The notes under the pieces: model-generated
Database searches by the model: none
What the model saw: only the letters and a program-made list of their open reading frames with translations
Told to the model about the DNA's origin: nothing
Translations under genes and position numbers: made by a program
Shown: piece after piece, positions 8,291 to 16,172 of the stretch
Layout of the letters: each line of letters starts with the position of its first letter
How positions within the stretch are numbered: position 1 is the stretch's first letter
NCBI GenBank assembly: GCA_034520945.1
Contig: JAXHNB010000006.1
Location: 448,001 to 512,000, forward strand
Source: Trueperaceae bacterium
GTDB taxonomy: Bacteria > Deinococcota > Deinococci > Deinococcales > Trueperaceae
Length of the DNA: 64,000 bases
Direction: 5' to 3'

Positions 8291-8913
8291 ATGCGAACAC
8301 GCGTGTACGTGGACGGATTCAACCTCTACTACGGGGCACTTCGTGGAACGCCATACAAGTGGCTCGACTTGTCGACCTTGCACGGGCGCCTACTTCCCAA
8401 GAATCGGATCGACCCTATCTACTACTGCACGGCCCGTGTGACAGGCCGCGCTCATGATCCAGATCAGCCGGTGCGCCAGGACGTCTACCTGCGTGCACTG
8501 CAAACGATCCCAAACCTCACGGTCGTCGAGGGTACGTTTCTCTCGCAAGAGAAGAAGATGCCTCTCGTGTCGCCTTGGTCAGGAGGACAACGGTTCGCAA
8601 CGGTCATCAAGACGGAGGAGAAGGGTCTGACGTGAACCTCGCCAGTCTGATGCTCCGCGACGGGTTCTTGGGCCTCTATGACGTTGCCGTACTCGTGTCG
8701 AATGACTCTGACCTCGCATTGCCCCTCAAGATCGTGCGTAACGAGATCGGCAAGACCGTTGGCATTCTCAATCCCCACAAGCGCGCGAGTAAGGAATTGA
8801 ATCTGCACCGCGACTTCTACAAGCCGATCCGGAAGGGCGTCCTTGCCGCAAGTCAGTTCCCGCACGAATTCCGAGAAGGAAACGGCCTTATCGCGAAACC
8901 AACCGAGTGGTAG
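8291..8913 (+). pseudogene. NYN (PIN-like) domain ribonuclease, split by a 1-nt deletion in a G run at about 8623-8625
   Basis: VYVDGFNLYYG...KTEEKG in one frame and SDVNLA...VLVSNDSDL...KPTEW in another; adding one G restores EEKGSDVNLA. Confidence 0.8.
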
Positions 8914-9063
8914 AGGTAGTCATGTTGCGAGGACGGTGCCGCTTCTTCAGCCACCCAAGGCGCCCGAGCCCGGTCCACCTCGCCGGGGGAGGTCCAGTGG
9001 GAACACTTCGCCGACACGCTGCAACGGCACGCCCCGAACGCGCTCCTCGAGCACGCCCTCGAA

Positions 9064-9357
9064 ATGCCGAACGACGAAGCGACCGCCCGAGCGTTGCAAC
9101 GCGAGTACGACCTCGACGCGCTCGACGCGTGGATCGCGTCCCTACCCGACGATGCAGGCATCACCCCCGACCCGGACGCACCGCCGGACCTGACCCGCTG
9201 GCCGGCCAACCTGCCACCCCCACCGCCCGAACCGCCCGGCGTGTGGGAAGCCCTGCAACACCTCGAAGCGTCCGGCCGGGAACCTGACGCCGCGTTCGCC
9301 GCTGGCGCCCTGTTCCATCTCGCCATCGCGCGCACCGTTCGGGAGGTCCAAGCGTGA
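9064..9357 (+). CDS. Hypothetical protein (mobile-element-like)
   Basis: ORF coupled to the next ORF by a GTGA overlap; start uncertain. Confidence 0.45.
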   Translation: MPNDEATARALQREYDLDALDAWIASLPDDAGITPDPDAPPDLTRWPANLPPPPPEPPGVWEALQHLEASGREPDAAFAAGALFHLAIARTVREVQA

Positions 9358-9539
9358 AGCACCTACACCCCCGCCTCGCCCGCCTCGAGGCCGCCAGTCG
9401 CCAGCCGTCCCGCGCCAGGACCAACGCCCGCGACCAGCTTCTCGACCGCGTTACGGACCTGGTCGAAGCGGGCGACACCGCCACGCTCGACCGGCTCGCC
9501 CACCGTGCGCGCGAACTGCGGGCCGCGAGGAACGCGTGA
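9354..9539 (+). CDS. Small hypothetical protein (mobile-element-like)
   Basis: GGGAGG RBS; GTGA overlaps at both ends; N-terminal RLARLE. Confidence 0.55.
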   Translation: MKHLHPRLARLEAASRQPSRARTNARDQLLDRVTDLVEAGDTATLDRLAHRARELRAARNA

Positions 9540-9754
9540 GCCGCGCCCTCGCACGCATCGCTGCCCTCGAGCGGCAAGCCTGCCGCGAAACGGGCGTGAC
9601 CGTGTGGAACCAGGACCCGACGGGCGCGGACACCTTCACCAGCTCGAAGCATCCGGGCGAAGCGCTCGTCCGCGCGCAGCTCGCTGACCGGCCGGGACCG
9701 ACCGACGCCCTCCGCATCGTCGTCGAATACGTGACCGCTACGCCTCGAGACTGA
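9536..9754 (+). CDS. Small hypothetical protein (mobile-element-like)
   Basis: GAGGA RBS; GTGA overlap; N-terminal RIAALE. Confidence 0.55.
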   Translation: MSRALARIAALERQACRETGVTVWNQDPTGADTFTSSKHPGEALVRAQLADRPGPTDALRIVVEYVTATPRD

Positions 9755-9883
9755 CGGCCTGCGGCCGGCTTGCCTTCGCAAAGAACAGGCCCGGCCCGGG
9801 ATGGGGAGCGGGCAGTCGGGGGTGACGCGCTGGAGGCATTCACAGCGGCGCACAGCGGTGGACCCTATGTGTTGGACAGTTAG

Positions 9884-10195
9884 CCCTTGGTCCTCTACTT
9901 CGTCATCATGTTCACCGTCAGCTTCTTCATGGGCAAAGCGTTCGGTGCGGACTACCCACGCTCCGCGACGCTCGCGTTCACGGCGTCTGGTAACAACTTC
10001 GAGCTTGCGCTCGCGGTCGCGATCTCGGTCTTCGGTCTCAGCTCAGGCGTCGCCTTTGCAGCCGTCATCGGGCCGCTGGTCGAGGTGCCCGTGCTGATCT
10101 CGCTCGTGTGGGTGGCGCTCTACTTCCGCAAGCGCTTCTTCGCTGAGGCACATGCTTCGGCCGCCGCCGTCGAGGGTAGCCGGGAACGTCAGTGA
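9884..10195 (+). pseudogene. acr3: ACR3 arsenite efflux pump, C-terminal fragment only
   Basis: PLVLYF...[20 protein letters not shown]...[15 protein letters not shown]; in-frame TAG immediately upstream and the N-terminal two thirds are missing. Confidence 0.85.
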
Positions 10196-10343
10196 TCGAC
10201 GGGAGAGCGAACCCAAGCGAAGGGACCCACCCATCCTCCGCGACCGCGATCTCGCCGCAACGCTCGAGCGCGCCCAGCTCGACAGTGCATACGTCGGAGC
10301 GCTCGCGTCCTCGATCTTCACGAGGCCGATCGGGCTCCGGTGT

Positions 10344-10670
10344 TCAAGACTCCGGATCCGAGAGCCACGCAAGAGCGTCGGCGGCCGTGTCCTGCACAGT
10401 CGCCATCTTCATGAGCCGGGCTACCAGGATTGCTTCGATGATCTCCGCGTCGCTGACGCCGGCCTTCCGAGCCTGCTTCGTCCACATGAGCGTGCAGGTC
10501 GACGACTGCAGGGCGGCGGCGACGCCGATGCCGATGAGCAGCTTCTGCGTCAGCGGCAACGCCTGCAACGCCGGGTTCTCGAGGGTGGCGGCGCGGTGGT
10601 CCATGTAGGTACGTGCGCCTTCGGGGGATGCGGTGCGAAGGATGTCCATTGGGGCGGCGGATGAGTTCAT
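10344..10670 (-). CDS. Carboxymuconolactone decarboxylase/AhpD-like protein
   Basis: LPLTQKLLIGIGVAAALQSSTC...ARKAGVSDAEIIEAILVA; AGGAGA RBS. Confidence 0.8.
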   Translation of the reverse strand: MNSSAAPMDILRTASPEGARTYMDHRAATLENPALQALPLTQKLLIGIGVAAALQSSTCTLMWTKQARKAGVSDAEIIEAILVARLMKMATVQDTAADALAWLSDPES

Positions 10671-10891
10671 TGTGTCTCCTCTTCGAAATGGGGTGGAGAG
10701 GTGCGCGGAGAACGCCGTCACGAAGGGAGTGAGCAACGACTCGCAACACCGCGGCACACCTTGCGACGTGATCGTCGGCACGGCTTAATCGCGGCGCACC
10801 TAAGGGCACCACCGCCCACGATGTCGTGAAACTGGCAGGTCACCAAGGGCCATTCGTCCGTGGCCCGCCGCGGCTCCGACGAAGACCGTGC

Positions 10892-11002
10892 GACCTGCCC
10901 GACCCGTGAAGCTTCGACCTGGTGCTGACCGTGTGCGACGCGGCCGCCGAGGCCTGCCCCGCCTACCCTGCGCGCACCACGCGCCTGCACGTGCCGTTCG
11001 AT
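10892..11002 (+). pseudogene. arsC: Arsenate reductase (LMW-PTP type) internal fragment with in-frame stop
   Basis: DLPDP*SFDLVLTVCDAAAEACPAYPARTTRLHVPFD; TGA at 10907-10909 where Trp is expected; no N-terminal CxxNxxRS loop. Confidence 0.75.
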
Positions 11003-11078
11003 CGCTGGACGATCGATCGCCGGCGCGTCGCGCGACTCAGTCGAACGCCGCCGCCGCCGGCACGCGCGCCGGCGTGTT

Positions 11079-11819
11079 TCACGGCATCCCCTCCTCGAAC
11101 AGGGCACGCTCGTCCTCGGGCAGGCGAGCACGCGCAAGGTCCCGAATCCCGTTCACGCCGATGAAGAACTCGCGCATCATCACGACCAGCAGGTACCGGC
11201 CGCTCTCGGTCAGCTCGAGCGCCTCGGCGTCGTCTCTAGAGAACGCACACGAGCCTTTCAGGAACAGGTACTCCGCCCACAGCGCACGCTCCACCGGCGC
11301 ACCGGTGCGCTCCGCGAAGGCGCGCTTGTCCAACCGCAAACCGAACAGGTCCATCATCAGCCGGTACCGCCAACGATCTGCTCGACTGAGCGGCATGTGA
11401 GCATCGACGCTGAGCCGTCCCTCGCCGATCGCTTCGGAATACGCTCGCAGGCTGAACGGATTGGCGTAGAGCTCGTCGCGTAGATAACTGAACGAACCGC
11501 TACCGATCCCCACGTACTGGTCGTGGTCGACAATGTACTCGTCGATCATCGTCGCGGCCTTACGTGAGAACGCCCACGCCGAGGTGGGCTCGAAGGTGTC
11601 GGACAACGCCCGGGAGAGCTCGCGGTATTGCCGCTCCTCGCGCGCGTAGTCGACCTTCCCGAGGGCACGCTCGAGCGGCTTCTCGACCGAGGGCGACACC
11701 ATCAGCGGGTAGTAGGTCACCTGATCCGCGCCGGTCGCTTTCAAGGTCTCGATGTCGCGCTTTAGCACAGCGTCCGTCAGGGACGGAAGGTTGAAGATCA
11801 TGTCGACGTTGAGCGTCGT
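11079..11819 (-). pseudogene. HemN-like radical SAM protein (MenK/MqnK-like), N-terminally truncated
   Basis: LNVDMIFNLP, QVTYYPLM, IDEYIVDHDQYVGIGSGSFS, GRYLLVVMMREFFIGVN; CxxxCxxC half absent. Confidence 0.7.
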
Positions 11820-11919
11820 GAGGCGGCCGGCAGCGCGACCTTCGCCTTGAACGCGGGAGCATGATTCCGACGGTTCTTCTTCACTTCAATCCCCATTCCG
11901 GAAGCCGAACGCTTCCTAC

Positions 11920-12423
11920 CTAAGGGAACTGTCCAAGATCCGGGGTCCAGCTCTCCCCCGCACGCACCCAGGCCCGCAACCTGATCTTTGATGAGTCTGA
12001 CGCATTGAGCACATCTCGTGCCATGTAGTGGAGTTCGTGCGCGAGGCCGCCACTCTGTTTCGGAGGGATTGTCTTAGGTGGCGCGAGCCCGGCGCTGCGC
12101 GCCAACTGGGAAGCGATGAGGGTGAAGTGGGGTCGCGTGCGTCGGGGCCATAGCCGCCAGAGAGGGCCACGTGCCTCAATGGCAATTCCGAAACTAAGGA
12201 CCTGGGCGCCATGCTGACTTCTGTTCATCACCTCTGCCATGAGCACGTCAGCTTTGAGGGGCGGTGTCAGCATCCCGAGTTGCGTGATGATCTTGAGTCG
12301 TGTGGACTCTCCAATTCGCCACTGGATGACGTTCCACACTAGAGACAGGACGGCTAAAATTGCGCCGATCAGGCCGACGGGTTCGCGTTCCCAGGCGCCG
12401 CTTAGCGCTTCCAAGAGATTCAC
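11920..12423 (-). CDS. Hypothetical protein with an N-terminal TM helix
   Basis: 167-aa ORF in visibly lower-GC DNA next to the tRNA; hydrophobic VGLIGAILAVLSLVWNVI. Confidence 0.55.
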   Translation of the reverse strand: MNLLEALSGAWEREPVGLIGAILAVLSLVWNVIQWRIGESTRLKIITQLGMLTPPLKADVLMAEVMNRSQHGAQVLSFGIAIEARGPLWRLWPRRTRPHFTLIASQLARSAGLAPPKTIPPKQSGGLAHELHYMARDVLNASDSSKIRLRAWVRAGESWTPDLGQFP

Positions 12424-12488
12424 TGTACTGAGTGTAAGTGTGCCGGCCGAGTTGTTGTCAAACTGCTGTCAGCGACGCTTCACAAAGC

Positions 12489-12513
12489 CGCCCCCGCGAC
12501 TTGAGCGGGGGCG
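12489..12513 (-). terminator. Hairpin downstream of tRNA-Ser
   Basis: CGCCCCCGC-N7-GCGGGGGCG followed by GCTTT on the minus strand. Confidence 0.6.
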
Positions 12514-12526
12514 ATTCTTACGTCTC

Positions 12527-12616
12527 TGGCGGAGGGAGAGGGATTCGAACCCTCGATACGGAAAACCGTATACACGCTTTCCAGGCGTGCTCCTTCAACC
12601 ACTCGGACACCCCTCC
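12527..12616 (-). tRNA. tRNA-Ser(GGA)
   Basis: Reverse complement GGAGGGGTGTCCGAGTGGTTGAAGGAGCACGCCTGGAAAGCGTG...GGTTCGAATCC...CCTCCGCCA; long variable arm; encoded CCA. Confidence 0.97.
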
Positions 12617-12742
12617 AGGGCCGCCGCGTGCGCACGAGAGTCTAGCAAGCCCGGGAGAGGCGGTCAACGCGGCGCGGCGCCGTGGTTTCACGGCGACATC
12701 CGACGGCGGCGGCCGCACGTACCATGCGTACGTGGAGGCGTC

Positions 12743-13399
12743 ATGTTGAGAGAGAGAATCGTGAACCTGTCGAGTCCGGACGAGGTGGATGCGTTCCTGG
12801 ACCAGAACCCGTCCAGCGTCGTGTTCAAGGCTGGAACGTGCCACAAGACCATGCAGGGGTTCGGCTTCCTGCAGGAGAAGGTCGAACCGCGCGAGGACCT
12901 GAAGGTCGGCGTGATCCGCGTCGTCGAGGCGCGCGCGGCCAGCAACCAGGTCGCCCAGCGTACCGGCATTCGCCACGAGAGCCCGCAGGTGATCGTGTTC
13001 AAGGACGGCCAGCCGGTCTTCGACCTCGACAATTGGGACATCACGCCCGAAGCCCTCGAGGGCGGCTTCCGCGAGCTGCCCGAGACCGGCGCGTCGGCGG
13101 CGGGGCCCTCGGCGTCGGGCAGCGACGAATTGGCGCCGTACCTGCAGGTGCTGGAGCAGTACCTGAACGGCGACATCGACGATCGCGAGTTCGAGTTCAA
13201 CTACACCACCATGTTCCGCGACGACGCCAGCCTGCGCGGCAACCGCGAGGTCGAGATCCTGAACTCCATCTTCGGGGACGTCGACCAGCACGTGAACATG
13301 CACATGATGATGGCGGGGCGGGGCCAGGATCCGAATCTTCGTGAGCGGGCGGATTCCGCGTATCGCGCGCTCAAGGAGCTTACCGCCCGTCCTGCCTGA
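12743..13399 (+). CDS. BrxC/YtxJ-like monothiol thioredoxin-fold protein with an extra C-terminal helical domain
   Basis: [53 protein letters not shown]. Confidence 0.8.
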   Translation: MLRERIVNLSSPDEVDAFLDQNPSSVVFKAGTCHKTMQGFGFLQEKVEPREDLKVGVIRVVEARAASNQVAQRTGIRHESPQVIVFKDGQPVFDLDNWDITPEALEGGFRELPETGASAAGPSASGSDELAPYLQVLEQYLNGDIDDREFEFNYTTMFRDDASLRGNREVEILNSIFGDVDQHVNMHMMMAGRGQDPNLRERADSAYRALKELTARPA

Positions 13400-13462
13400 C
13401 GGCGGGACCGGATCGGGGGAGCGAGCCACCGTACGGAGAAGTCCCCTGCGAAGACGAAGCCG

Positions 13463-13494
13463 ACCGCGGGCGTTCCCAAAGGAACGCCCGCGGT
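13463..13494. terminator. 14-bp perfect stem-loop, probable terminator
   Basis: ACCGCGGGCGTTCC-CAAA-GGAACGCCCGCGGT downstream of the BrxC-like gene. Confidence 0.6.
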
Positions 13495-13590
13495 GTCGTG
13501 AGGGGCCCGTCGGCGCGAGGTTCCGACGCTTCGAACCGGTCGTTCGGTCCGCCCAGCGACCGTGAGCGCGGGGGGATGACCCGGGATGCG

Positions 13591-13685
13591 TGCAACGCCT
13601 TGACGAATCACGCATACCGGGCTATGTTGAGAGATAAGAAACGAACTCATGGCAGGGCCGCCCACCGGTAGGTGGGCGCGTTTCA
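13591..13685 (+). ncRNA. Candidate sRNA unit 1 (promoter, about 50-nt transcript, hairpin)
   Basis: TTGACG 13600-13605, 17 nt spacer, TATGTT 13623-13628; A-rich AAGAAACG; CGCCCACC-GGTA-GGTGGGCG then CGTTTC. Confidence 0.5.
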
Positions 13686-13852
13686 TGTTCGGTGATGCGC
13701 GGGTGCCTCGGCGTGCGCTCCGTCCAACGTGCCCACCATCCTCGGCACGCCGCACGGGCCTTACGCACCAGGTGGTCGCGCTGCGCTTCGCGGATGTGAT
13801 CATTGGCGTCTTCCCGGGCCAGTCGGAGCAACAGATCGGGGTGGGACTGCAT
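13622..13852 (-). CDS. Small hypothetical protein
   Basis: AAGGAGG RBS before ATG 13852; MQSHPDLLLRLAREDANDHIREAQRDHLVRKAR. Confidence 0.55.
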   Translation of the reverse strand: MQSHPDLLLRLAREDANDHIREAQRDHLVRKARAACRGWWARWTERTPRHPRITEHETRPPTGGRPCHEFVSYLST

Positions 13853-13926
13853 GGGGAACCTCCTTCGGTTCCCGAGCATGCGTCCAGCAGGCGCCTGCCG
13901 CCATCGGGCGTCGGCCCGAGCCGGGA

Positions 13927-13944
13927 CTGCGACCAAGGTCGCAG
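13927..13944. promoter_or_regulatory. Perfect palindrome, candidate response-regulator binding site
   Basis: CTGCGACC-AA-GGTCGCAG between the LuxR-type regulator and the small ORF. Confidence 0.45.
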
Positions 13945-13987
13945 GGCGCCGGGCGATCTACACGCAATGCCGCCCCGCGGCGACGCG

Positions 13988-14430
13988 TCAGATGCCCGCT
14001 CCCGCGCCCAGCGCGCCGCTTGCGTGCGGCGGTCGACCCTCAACTTGGCGTACACGTTGCCGGCGTGCGTCTTGACGGTCTTCTCGCGAATGCCCAGCCG
14101 CGTCGTGATCTCGCGGTTGGTGAGCCCCTCGGCGATGGCGCGGAGCACCTCCCGCTCGCGCGCGGTGAGGTCGCTCAGCGGATCGGGGGCGGCGGGGCTG
14201 CTCAACGCCCGCACGGCGCCCGGCGCCAGGGGGAGCTCGCCCCGCATGGCGCCCCGGATGGCGTCGGAGAGGGCCTCGGGGCCCTGCTGCTTGTCCAACC
14301 AGCCGTGCGAGCCGGCCGCCATCGCCTCCCGCACGGCGTCCTCCTCCAGGAAGCTGGACAACACCAGGATGCGCGCCTCAGGTACGTCGCGGCGGAGCTC
14401 CGGGATCAGCGCCAAGCCTCGTCCGTCCGG
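13988..14430 (-). pseudogene. NarL/LuxR family response regulator lacking the N-terminal half of the receiver domain
   Basis: PDGRGLALIPEL...ILVLSSF...LTAREREVLRAIAEGLTNREI...KTVKTHAGNVYAKL; no phosphoacceptor Asp region; one missing G near 13995 bypasses the natural RERGI-TGA stop. Confidence 0.75.
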
Positions 14431-14447
14431 TCCACGCCCACCTCCGC

Positions 14448-14834
14448 TCAGCGATCGAAGTCCTCGCGCTGCCGGCGTCCCGCGTCCAGGAACCGTTCGA
14501 ACGGGTCCTCGCCCCGCTGGGCGCGCTCCTCGCCCGCGTCGCGTACCTGCACCGAGCCTGCACGCTCGCGGGTCGCACGTTCGGCCCGGCTTTCCTCGCG
14601 CGGCGCCAGCCGGTCCGGGGCGGCCGGCGGGAGGTCCTGCCTCTCGTGGGAGGCGTGGGCGCCGCGCACCACGTCGTTGCTGACGTCAGGCCGTGTGCGT
14701 GTGGGTCGCTCGGGGGGACGGGATTGGTCGATGCGGCGCGCCCGCTCGCGGGCGGTGAGCGTCAACCACGTCAGCATCAGCAGGCCGATCAACAGCCCGA
14801 ACGCCAGCGCGATCAACGTCACCAAGGAGGACAT
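14448..14834 (-). CDS. Hypothetical protein with an N-terminal TM anchor
   Basis: Hydrophobic N-terminus and charged tail ending EDPFERFL; 9 nt downstream of the dehydratase. Confidence 0.65.
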   Translation of the reverse strand: MSSLVTLIALAFGLLIGLLMLTWLTLTARERARRIDQSRPPERPTRTRPDVSNDVVRGAHASHERQDLPPAAPDRLAPREESRAERATRERAGSVQVRDAGEERAQRGEDPFERFLDAGRRQREDFDR

Positions 14835-14843
14835 CGCTTCATG

Positions 14844-15851
14844 CTACCCCAGGGGCCGGGCCTCCCCAAGTGAGCTCAGCACGGCCTCGTCGACGTTCCC
14901 ACCGCTGATCATCAGCACGGTCCGGCCGGGTGCCAATCGCACCTCGTCGCTGGCGCCCGACGTCAGGCGGTGCCACCCCGCCAACGTCAGCGCCCCGGTC
15001 GGCTCCACCACCAGCCGGGCGTGCCGCGCCCACCACCCCAGGGCCGGCCGCAGGGCCTCCTCGGGCACGGTCACGATCCCCTCCAGGCGCTGCGACAGCA
15101 GCCGGAACGGCAGGTCGCCCAGTCGTTGCGTCTGCACGCCGTCCGCCCAGGTGCGGGTGGTCTTCTCGGCGGGCCACGCGATCGGCTCGCCGCGGCGCAG
15201 CGACTCCTGCGCGTCGGCCGCCAACGCCGGCTCCACCCCGATCACCCGCGCGCGGGGCGCCAGCGTCTCCAACGCCAGCACCGTGCCGGCGGACAGCCCG
15301 CCCCCACCGACGGGCACCAGCACGTTGGCGATGTCGTCCAGGTCCTGCGCGATCTCCAGCGCGGCGGTGGCCTGCCCCGCCACGATCCACGGGTGGTCGA
15401 AGGGCGGCACCAGCGTCGCCCCCTCCCGCTGCACCACCTCGTCGGCGCCTCGTGCGCGATCACTGGCGGTATTGGCGCAGCGCAGCACCGTCGCGCCCCA
15501 CCCCTGGGTGCGGGCGACCTTCACCTCCGGCGCGCCCTCGGGGATGACCACGGTCGCGGGCACGCCGAAGGCGTGGGCGGCGCACGCCACCGCCTGGCCG
15601 TGGTTGCCGCTGGAGTGCGTCACCACCCCCCGCGCCCGCTGCGCCGGGTCCATCGCGGCCAGGAAGTTGGTCGCGCCCCGCAGCTTGAACGAGCCGGTGC
15701 GCTGCAGGTTCTCGGGCTTGGCCCACAGGTCGGGGCCCAGCGCGCCGGGGCCGACGTCGTCCAGCGGGAGGAGGGGCGTGCGGCGCGCGCGGCCGGCGAT
15801 GCGTTCGGCCGCGGCCCGTACGTCCGCGAAGGTGGGATCCGGGGGCGTCAT
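14844..15851 (-). CDS. PLP-dependent threonine/serine dehydratase family protein
   Basis: KPENLQRTGSFKLRGA, SSGNHGQ, PVGGGGL, VVEPTGAL, ISGGNVD. Confidence 0.92.
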   Translation of the reverse strand: MTPPDPTFADVRAAAERIAGRARRTPLLPLDDVGPGALGPDLWAKPENLQRTGSFKLRGATNFLAAMDPAQRARGVVTHSSGNHGQAVACAAHAFGVPATVVIPEGAPEVKVARTQGWGATVLRCANTASDRARGADEVVQREGATLVPPFDHPWIVAGQATAALEIAQDLDDIANVLVPVGGGGLSAGTVLALETLAPRARVIGVEPALAADAQESLRRGEPIAWPAEKTTRTWADGVQTQRLGDLPFRLLSQRLEGIVTVPEEALRPALGWWARHARLVVEPTGALTLAGWHRLTSGASDEVRLAPGRTVLMISGGNVDEAVLSSLGEARPLG

Positions 15852-16015
15852 GCCGCGCATGATGCCACGCGTTCGTGCCGGCGGGCGCCGAGGGCCCGAG
15901 TGACACGGACCTGCAGCGGCGGAACGTGGCTCGCCCCTCGCGTCCGTGGAGCGACCGAGATGGGCCGCGAGTGGGGCAGGGGGGCCCGGTTCACGCAGGA
16001 ACCAGGCCACCTGGC

Positions 16016-16106
16016 TGCAAGGCCTTGACGAATCCCGCATACTGCCGTATAGTAAGGACAATCAAACGAAGAAACGGATCGCGCCCGCTTCGGCGGGTGT
16101 TCTTCA
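16016..16106 (+). ncRNA. Candidate sRNA unit 2 (promoter, about 45-nt transcript, hairpin)
   Basis: TTGACG 16025-16030, 17 nt spacer, TATAGT 16048-16053; AAGAAACG; GCGCCCGC-TTCG-GCGGGTGT then TCTTC; no plausible + strand CDS follows. Confidence 0.55.
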
Positions 16107-16172
16107 TGGCTTACGATGCGTCGTTCGGGCCGATGTCGCCCTGTCGCCCGCGCCGCCCCTCGCACCGCCGCC

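Noticed and set aside
8615..8635. Programmed frameshifting in the NYN gene (and in lpdA)
   Set aside because: No canonical slippery heptamer; a simple indel explains the data
13600..13616. Duplicated promoter motif as a DdrO radiation/desiccation response motif
   Set aside because: It does not form the expected 17-bp palindrome; the regulator remains unassigned
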